From IMG/VR virus record IMGVR_UViG_3300025413_000010: a stretch of 64,000 bases of DNA. One strand, given 5' to 3'. Shown here one piece after another: positions 57,980-64,000 of the stretch. The notes beneath the pieces are model-generated. The model was given only the letters and a program-made list of their open reading frames with translations. It ran no database searches and was not told the DNA's origin. A program made the position numbers and the translations under genes. Numbering within the stretch: the stretch's first letter is position 1; each line of letters begins with the position of its first letter. The stretch comes from a virus.

Positions 57980-58909
57980 TTACCAGCTTGAGCGGTATTC
58001 AAAAGACCACTTATTATCGAAAGAAAGAGCACGATCGATCATATCGACAGTGGACTTAACATCAGCAAAATACCAGTCATCATAAGCAGTGCCACCGAAG
58101 AAGAACCCACTCTGAGTAGGAAGCAGCTGAGCAGCAAGAGAATGATCTTCCAGAATTTTCAGGCAAGTTTCCTTGAGATTGGTAAGATCGTCGCGGCTGA
58201 CATAATAGTTTCCGCAATCATCTTTACCTTCCTGGACATTATCCACGAACCACTTGTGAATGTGGTTAGACTTGCGCCAGTAAGCAGCTTCAACAGCTTC
58301 CGTGATTTCGATCATTTTGTTCTGAGCGATTTCAGGAAAGTTGAAGTCAATGTCGATTTCGTAGGTAGGAAAAGTATCGATGTTATAGATGTGATATTCA
58401 GGATAATGAATATCAAACTCACCGACAGGAAGCCAGCGAGTAGTTTCATCAGCAAAGACGACCTTCACTGCAAACACAACAAACATCTTGTCCAGACCAG
58501 TAAGAGCAACACCCTTTTGGATATTACCACCGCACCATTCTCCAAACACTGCAACTTTGGTAATAATCTGATCAGGTAAAAAGATTTCAATCATAGCTTG
58601 ATCGACAACATCACGAATAACTTCTTCATGCTTCATCATAGCAAGCATGAAGCCAGCGTTATCAGAAGTCAAAGACAGTTCACGTTCACGCGACTGGTAG
58701 CTAATAGTGTCGGTGGCAACGTCATACACGATACCAGCATTGGTACCATGCAGCTTGACAGTACCATAAAACTTCAGCGTAGGAAGCGGGCGAGAATGAT
58801 CATACACAGCATTGCCATCAGCATCCTTGCCAGCATACCGCGTATGGTTCTTGACATGATGAATCGTGGAACGGAACTGTTCGATAGAAGGAAACTTAAA
58901 CAAGTGCAA
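57980..58909 (-). CDS. Chimeric ORF: RNA ligase 2 N-terminal part fused to an unrelated YWRK-motif protein
   Basis: Rnl2 motifs VKLHGTN, DNAGF, FGEWCGGNIQKGVA; switches at EAVEA to AYWRKSNHIHKWFV...GFFFG; no ligase motifs IV/V. Confidence 0.7.
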   Translation of the reverse strand: MHLFKFPSIEQFRSTIHHVKNHTRYAGKDADGNAVYDHSRPLPTLKFYGTVKLHGTNAGIVYDVATDTISYQSRERELSLTSDNAGFMLAMMKHEEVIRDVVDQAMIEIFLPDQIITKVAVFGEWCGGNIQKGVALTGLDKMFVVFAVKVVFADETTRWLPVGEFDIHYPEYHIYNIDTFPTYEIDIDFNFPEIAQNKMIEITEAVEAAYWRKSNHIHKWFVDNVQEGKDDCGNYYVSRDDLTNLKETCLKILEDHSLAAQLLPTQSGFFFGGTAYDDWYFADVKSTVDMIDRALSFDNKWSFEYRSSW

Positions 58910-59087
58910 TCTCCTTTTCTTTGCATGGCATATTATGCCCCGTATTAAAATCTACGATATATGGAAAGGGCTGCCATTCTTCTAGAACATCAATAACTTT
59001 GCCTACTTGAAGTTCATCAACTTCAGCACCAATGTTTTGAACAGCATATACACTATCACCAATCTTAAACATAATCTTCATCCTCAA
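58896..59087 (-). CDS. Small hypothetical protein
   Basis: FKIGD.V ... PY.VDF. Confidence 0.45.
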   Translation of the reverse strand: MRMKIMFKIGDSVYAVQNIGAEVDELQVGKVIDVLEEWQPFPYIVDFNTGHNMPCKEKEIALV

Positions 59088-59219
59088 TCAGGAAGCCTTC
59101 ACCACCACAAGTGATGCAGGTTTCGCCATATTCTACACCAATGCCACCACAGACCATACAGTCGACGGGATTATACCCTCGCCGACCATATGCGTCTTCA
59201 TAGATGTCAGGATCAATCG

Positions 59220-60029
59220 TCATTGTTTGCAACAAGTCACGCGGGCCATACGTTCCCAGTTGTTGGGATTGGTACGACGAAGAGCAGCCAGCTTGATAAC
59301 CATACGCAGTGAAAGCTCACGAAGAGTATCAGAATTCTCAAGGATGAAGTCCATGATATCATCTTCCTCTTCCTGACTATAGCCATTCTTAGAAAGCATA
59401 CCAGCATCAAGAACCATCTGAATACGAATGAGATAGTCGCGACGAGTCTTCATAGCCAAGTCAATATAATGACTACGCGAAATCAGAGCAGAGAAATGCG
59501 GAGCCAGCTTAGAGCCGCGAGCAATCTCACCATCAAGGTCCATGTTGGTAATGAAGATGATGGAACCGTCAAACGCAAAGCTCTTAGGGATGATGCCACC
59601 ATCCCCGTCTTCCATCTCATTCTCAGTGCGATACGAGATGACTCGCTTGTCAAGAGTGTCGCAAGCAGCTTTGAGCAGGTTAAGAGAAACCTCATCAAAG
59701 AATACCGAGTCAGCATCATCAAACACTAGAACATTACCGGGGTGACGATACTCATAGAGCAAACGAATGATACCCGTGGGCCGCAGATAACCGCGAACAA
59801 TAGTATAAACAGACTCAGTATCATCGTAGTCGTTCAGTACTTCTTCGACCATGTAGGACTTGCCGAGGCCAGCAGGACCAGAAACAACAAGTGCTCGGCA
59901 ATCGCCCATAGTAGTAGCAACAGCCAGATCATTGAGTACGCTGAATCGATCAGCCAGCTTTGCGCGGATCTGATCATCAGTTTCGGTAATGTTATCAATC
60001 GGCATTCGTGCAAGTTTACGGCGAGCCAT
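59220..60029 (-). CDS. AAA+ ATPase
   Basis: Walker A GPAGLGKS, Walker B VFDDAD, FITN, ALISR. Confidence 0.85.
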   Translation of the reverse strand: MARRKLARMPIDNITETDDQIRAKLADRFSVLNDLAVATTMGDCRALVVSGPAGLGKSYMVEEVLNDYDDTESVYTIVRGYLRPTGIIRLLYEYRHPGNVLVFDDADSVFFDEVSLNLLKAACDTLDKRVISYRTENEMEDGDGGIIPKSFAFDGSIIFITNMDLDGEIARGSKLAPHFSALISRSHYIDLAMKTRRDYLIRIQMVLDAGMLSKNGYSQEEEDDIMDFILENSDTLRELSLRMVIKLAALRRTNPNNWERMARVTCCKQ

Positions 60030-60079
60030 AGTTTCCCTTTCAAGCTATAATTGCATACTACCTTAACCGGACTGAGAAG

Positions 60080-60547
60080 TCAAGTGATATATTTGATGTT
60101 CGTAAACCCTTCGCCATTGCTCGGAGGAACATAAGAATCTCGCATCCTATCGATAGCATCTTGAGGAATATTCTTTCCTGGCCGAGAATTCAGTCGGCGC
60201 TGCCATTCATCCCAACTTGGAGTAGCGAACACAACAGCATCGATCTGATAATCATATGGCTTTAGGAAATTGATATACTTCGCTCGACTCTTTTGGCTGA
60301 GGTTTGTACGATCGATGACGAAATCAACACCTTCATCAACAGACCACTGAATGTGTTTCCACATAACAGTCTCGGCAAACTTAATAAGATCTTTGAATCC
60401 CTCATTGTATGTCATGTTGTATATGTTAGAGACATACTCAATAACAGTATCAGTAGACATGACATTAGCCATGGGATCGTGGTGTTTAATCCATGTTGAC
60501 TTCCCAGAAGCAGGTACACCGATAAGGATAGTACAGGTCTTAGTCAT
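60080..60547 (-). CDS. Polynucleotide kinase domain (PseT/AAA_33-like)
   Basis: GVPASGKST, STD, IDRTNL...R, R...R lid; next to RNA ligase. Confidence 0.8.
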   Translation of the reverse strand: MTKTCTILIGVPASGKSTWIKHHDPMANVMSTDTVIEYVSNIYNMTYNEGFKDLIKFAETVMWKHIQWSVDEGVDFVIDRTNLSQKSRAKYINFLKPYDYQIDAVVFATPSWDEWQRRLNSRPGKNIPQDAIDRMRDSYVPPSNGEGFTNIKYIT

Positions 60548-60707
60548 CTTCTTTTTCCTTCAATAGATTGCGAGTTCGTTCCACAATACAGTTGCCTTTG
60601 TCTTCCAAAAAATGTGCCTGACAATAGCCATGATGATCATGATGACACGGTTCATCATGAATGTCAAGCCATTCTTGCAAGAGTGCAGACATTTCCTTTT
60701 TAGACAT
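60540..60707 (-). CDS. Small hypothetical protein
   Basis: PCHHDHHGYCQAH. Confidence 0.55.
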   Translation of the reverse strand: MSKKEMSALLQEWLDIHDEPCHHDHHGYCQAHFLEDKGNCIVERTRNLLKEKEDD

Positions 60708-60846
60708 CTTTGTTCTCCAACCGCTGCTTGATGATAGCAATCGTTTCATCAAGAAACTCGTGAGAAGAGGTGCCATCCATCTTAATCATAAACTTTGCAA
60801 GTTCAAGACGATCAAGTGCAAGTTTTAAAAGTTCTCTATCAGTCAT
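60700..60846 (-). CDS. Small hypothetical protein
   Basis: MTDRELLKLALD. Confidence 0.5.
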   Translation of the reverse strand: MTDRELLKLALDRLELAKFMIKMDGTSSHEFLDETIAIIKQRLENKDV

Positions 60847-61408
60847 TATAAGCCAATCCCGGAAACCAAGCATCACGAATGGCTTCATACTTTGCCGTGC
60901 GACCAAGGTTATTACGGATCGTATTGCGAACAGTATCATAGACCTTAGACTTATCTTCCCAACAACTAAACACCGTAGAACGAGTGTACTGATCAAAGTT
61001 AGGAGCAATATCTAGAGCAAAAGTTTTACGATCTATACCCTCATCTTCAATCCGTTCTAGGATATGTTCAATAGAAAGACATTTAAATGCAACTTCAATG
61101 TTGTAATAATGCTCAAACTCAGACAGCCGATCACGATCTTCGGCAGGCAGATGAGCCTTGATGTCATCCAGCTTTTCATCCAGAATGATTTCAACGATGT
61201 TGCGATCTTGTAGAATTGCTTCCTTTGCACGATGAATCTGGAGATACCACTGACACTTCAATTTCAACATATGTCCATCATCAAAGCGAACCACGAATCC
61301 TTCAAGGTCTTCCAGATCACGAACGTATTCAAGGAAAGCCTTCATATCATTCTGAGGTTCGAATGCACGAACTACAGGGATATTATATCGAGAAATAAGA
61401 TTAAACAT
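60839..61408 (-). CDS. rnlA: RNA ligase 1 C-terminal half
   Basis: YNIPVV, motif IV EGFVVRF, motif V KLK..WY..IH, LDD; ATG 61408 overlaps stop of upstream small gene. Confidence 0.85.
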   Translation of the reverse strand: MFNLISRYNIPVVRAFEPQNDMKAFLEYVRDLEDLEGFVVRFDDGHMLKLKCQWYLQIHRAKEAILQDRNIVEIILDEKLDDIKAHLPAEDRDRLSEFEHYYNIEVAFKCLSIEHILERIEDEGIDRKTFALDIAPNFDQYTRSTVFSCWEDKSKVYDTVRNTIRNNLGRTAKYEAIRDAWFPGLAYND

Positions 61409-61628
61409 TATGAAATTCCGATTCTTCAATATGGAACTGAGGTACCCAGTCACCTACATTTTCTCCGACATCGCGCATCACGTCAATCCAATCTTGGGAC
61501 TTCTCACGCTCCCAATCACCTGCAGCTTTCGCGGCATCATAGGTTTCATACACTCCAAACACATACCGATCGCCGTTATAATCAGTTTCGTCCTTGATAA
61601 GTACAAAAACTTTCATGTCAATCTCCAT
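61401..61628 (-). CDS. Small hypothetical protein lying between the two rnlA halves
   Basis: VFGVY.T...A; own promoter TTGACA-N17-TATACT at 61641-61669. Confidence 0.65.
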   Translation of the reverse strand: MEIDMKVFVLIKDETDYNGDRYVFGVYETYDAAKAAGDWEREKSQDWIDVMRDVGENVGDWVPQFHIEESEFHNV

Positions 61629-61676
61629 TCCTTATAGTTTAGTATACCACGGTTTTGGAAAAATGTCAACTATTTT

Positions 61677-61744
61677 TATAAATAAGATGGCTGTCGCGGT
61701 ATCCCCATACCCACAGCCTCTAACGCTAAACAGGAGCATCAGCT
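61677..61744 (+). promoter_or_regulatory. Late promoter and structured leader of homing endonuclease
   Basis: TATAAATA; GGCTGT-CGC-GGTA-TCCCCA-TACC-C-ACAGCC hairpin; RBS AGGAG. Confidence 0.6.
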
Positions 61745-62371
61745 ATGGGTATTTATTGTACGTATCTTATCACATATAAAGGCAACAAACTGCCGCCATT
61801 CTATATCGGATCGTCTAATATTAATAGATTAGAAGAAGGATACAGAGGAAGTGTATCTTCTGTTAGATATGGTAAGATATGGAAACAAGAATTAAAAGAA
61901 AATCCTCATCTATTTAAATATCATATAATCACTACTCATGATACTAGAAAAGAAGCAACAGAAAAAGAACTTCAACTACAAATAACCTTTAAGGTCATGC
62001 ACAACCCAATGTATATTAATGAATCATATGCTAGAATTAATGGAGTTCATGGGTTATCTTTATCTGGTAAGAATCATTGGTCTAAACAACCAGGAAAACT
62101 TCATAATGCTAAGATAAACCATCCTAGAGGAATGCTTGGTAAGAAACATACAGATGAATTTAAGCAATTTATTTCAGAAGTTCAAATTGGTGAAAAGAAT
62201 CACTTTTATGGAAAGAAACATTCACCCAAAGCTTTAGAGAAAATGAGAATAGCGGCATCAAATACCATATGGATTACCAATGGTATAGATTCAACTCGAC
62301 ATCCTAAAGATGCCGCTATTCCAGAAGGTTGGTTTAGAGGTCGTCGCTTAAAGAAGCATATTGACCAGTAA
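61745..62371 (+). mobile_element. Free-standing GIY-YIG (Seg-like) homing endonuclease with NUMOD3 motifs
   Basis: GIYCTY...FYIGS, Y.GS, A.EKE, YIN; GKKHT, N.FYGKKHS, WITNG, GW.RGR. Confidence 0.88.
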
Positions 62372-62966
62372 CCATATGACGAATAGCAGTTAATGTTAGA
62401 GTAGGTTCTTTACCATAATCAATTACAATACGCTTTTGAGGATGCATCCATTCAAAAATTGGAGTGTGTCCGTTATTAATTACATCCCAGCAAAATGCTT
62501 CATAATCAATATCTGACAACTTTACAAATTGTTTAATCATTTCATGAAAATCTTGAGCAACCATTTTGGTGCCCCAGATAAGTTTACCTTCATGAGCAAA
62601 AACTGAGCACATTGATCCGTCTAGCTTCTCAAGGATAGCATGAGGGCGCGAAAGATCAATGACATGCTCCTGCGTCTCCTCACGCTCATTCACATTGAAG
62701 AACTTGTGGAAAGGACGACGGATGATGTCACCAGTCTTGGAGTCGAAGATGATACCACGAAGTTCGCGACGAATCTTAGCATTAAAGTTCGTAATTGGTA
62801 TCCCAGAGATAGTAGTAGAGTTTACATCAGGAAACGTATCAGCCATCATCACGTTGTAGTTGATGACGGTATATGACCCTTTATCGGCGACTACAAACTC
62901 ATCGCGACCTTCAATGGCAGGCAGCACATCAGCGATGTTGGTGATGTGGGGAAATTCATAATTCAT
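62334..62966 (-). CDS. rnlA: RNA ligase 1 N-terminal half
   Basis: RELRGIIF, RPFHKFFN.NE, motif I EKLDGS, TK, TPIFEW, RIVIDY, LTAIR; ends TAA inside endonuclease gene. Confidence 0.88.
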   Translation of the reverse strand: MNYEFPHITNIADVLPAIEGRDEFVVADKGSYTVINYNVMMADTFPDVNSTTISGIPITNFNAKIRRELRGIIFDSKTGDIIRRPFHKFFNVNEREETQEHVIDLSRPHAILEKLDGSMCSVFAHEGKLIWGTKMVAQDFHEMIKQFVKLSDIDYEAFCWDVINNGHTPIFEWMHPQKRIVIDYGKEPTLTLTAIRHMVTGQYASLSDDL

Positions 62967-63024
62967 TATATATCCTTTCAATTACGCTTATTATACCCCC
63001 ACATCACACTAATGTCAAGCGGTA

Positions 63025-63609
63025 TTAATCGTGGCTGTAATCCTCAATGATAACCTTTTCTGGCGTGAGGTAGACAGCAACGTGATCGCCGTAGACTTCC
63101 TGTAGCACATCTTCATTATCGTTCAGCAACTTAACAAACGCAGAAATCTTCTTGTCATAACCAGGAAACTCTTCAAACTGGTTTTCAAGTCGCGCAATAT
63201 ATTTGAGATAGTATCCTTTAGCCCAATCGCTTACATTTGGTTGATTAAGCTTTTTCTTGTACTTAAGAAGTTGATCTTCAAGAGACATATGACCAAAACC
63301 TACACATTCCAAAGTCTTGTATTCATCATCTTCTTCGTATTCATATGGATCCTTCAGATCATCTACATCAAATCCATCAACAATAAAATGCGGATCATTG
63401 ATACGGAATACACATTCTTCACCATCGTTGAAGTATGGAGTGTACTGCGACCAAACAACAGCCTGAACCTTGGGGCATTCCTCAAAGAACAACTTGATGA
63501 TCTCGTTAAACGACGACTGAAGTTCCTTCATATGCGCCTTCTTAAGAGCATCGATTTCGGCATTCTTTTCAGCAATCTTCTTGGTAATATTATCAAAAGC
63601 ACTCATCAC
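63025..63609 (-). CDS. Conserved phage hypothetical protein
   Basis: W.QYTPYFNDG.EC.F, GDH..V, Y.HD. Confidence 0.75.
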   Translation of the reverse strand: MMSAFDNITKKIAEKNAEIDALKKAHMKELQSSFNEIIKLFFEECPKVQAVVWSQYTPYFNDGEECVFRINDPHFIVDGFDVDDLKDPYEYEEDDEYKTLECVGFGHMSLEDQLLKYKKKLNQPNVSDWAKGYYLKYIARLENQFEEFPGYDKKISAFVKLLNDNEDVLQEVYGDHVAVYLTPEKVIIEDYSHD

Positions 63610-63654
63610 TTCACCCTTTCATAAACAGTTTTGGTAATCACATATCTTCATCAG

Positions 63655-63867
63655 TCAATTCTTCGTCGGTCGTTGAAATTTGCCCTTTCTCGCTTTTTGT
63701 TCTAATCTGGAAAGAACAACTCTCTCTAATTTTTCTACAGTGTCCACTCCAAAAACAGTATCGGGATCGGCGGCTGTACCATCATTGCCACCGGTTCTAA
63801 AGATTATCAGCGGCAAATCAAGATCCTCTGCCAGTTTCCGGGCGAGATCAATAGCATTACTTGTCAT
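63655..63867 (-). CDS. Small hypothetical protein between repeat copies
   Basis: MTSNAIDLARK...; ATGA overlap with truncated copy. Confidence 0.45.
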   Translation of the reverse strand: MTSNAIDLARKLAEDLDLPLIIFRTGGNDGTAADPDTVFGVDTVEKLERVVLSRLEQKARKGKFQRPTKN

Positions 63868-63980
63868 TTTTGTTGGCAACAAAACGACGACTGAAGTTCC
63901 TTCATATGCGCCTTCTTAAGAGCATCGATTTCGGCATTCTTTTCAGCAATCTTCTTGGTAATATTATCAAAAGCACTCAT
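63864..63980 (-). pseudogene. Truncated duplicate of the 63025-63609 gene (38 aa)
   Basis: MSAFDNITKKIAEKNAEIDALKKAHMKELQSSFCCQQK-stop. Confidence 0.65.
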
Positions 63981-64000
63981 CACTTCACCCTTTCATAAAC

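Larger units (their letters stand above)
63508..64000. repeat. Exact direct repeat of at least 119 bp (63508-63626 = 63882-64000)
   Basis: Identical sequence covering RBS and first about 33 codons of the 63025-63609 gene. Confidence 0.9.

Noticed and set aside
49048-59745. Numerous plus-strand ORFs in the early region (e.g. 51808-52593, 55029-55499)
   Set aside because: Antisense shadows of minus-strand genes that have RBS and promoters
61409-62333. Group I intron or intein in rnlA
   Set aside because: No P/Q/R/S core recognised; interval is filled by two genes with their own promoters; endonuclease is antisense
48140-63020. CRISPR array or integron attC sites
   Set aside because: Repeats are degenerate promoter/RBS motifs separated by whole genes; no fixed spacer length, attC palindromes, cas or integrase
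720-63609. Genome-wide TAG recoding
   Set aside because: Core genes are intact under code 11 with no in-frame TAG breaks seen

Overview
64 kb segment of a large T4-like (Tevenvirinae-related) myophage, probably infecting an alphaproteobacterium (circularly permuted two-piece tmRNA with an ANDN...LAA tag; Sphingomonas-type beta-barrel OMP gene). 1-29.4 kb: baseplate/tail module (DUF4815/VrlC-like, gp8, gp7, gp6, gp25, two inserted fibre-like genes, gp5, gp53, gp48, gp4, gp2, gp54, gp26, gp51, two tape-measure/lytic proteins). 29.5-31.8 kb: gp32, gp59, gp33, SleB-type hydrolase. 31.8-33.05 kb: ORF-free island of back-to-back structured RNA modules ending in the tmRNA. 34-39.5 kb: glycan-modification cluster and OMP. 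40.1-40.5 kb: five tRNAs, one with a CUA (amber) anticodon. 42.5-64 kb: many small early genes, most behind their own TTGAC-N17-TA(T/C)ANN promoter, plus an RNA-repair locus in which RNA ligase 1 is split into two genes by an inverted GIY-YIG endonuclease and RNA ligase 2 is a deletion chimera. Best candidates for undescribed biology: the ncRNA array, the split RNA ligase, a putative -1 frameshift joining gp26 to gp51, and the amber tRNA. All protein calls come from motif recognition and synteny; no database searches were run.
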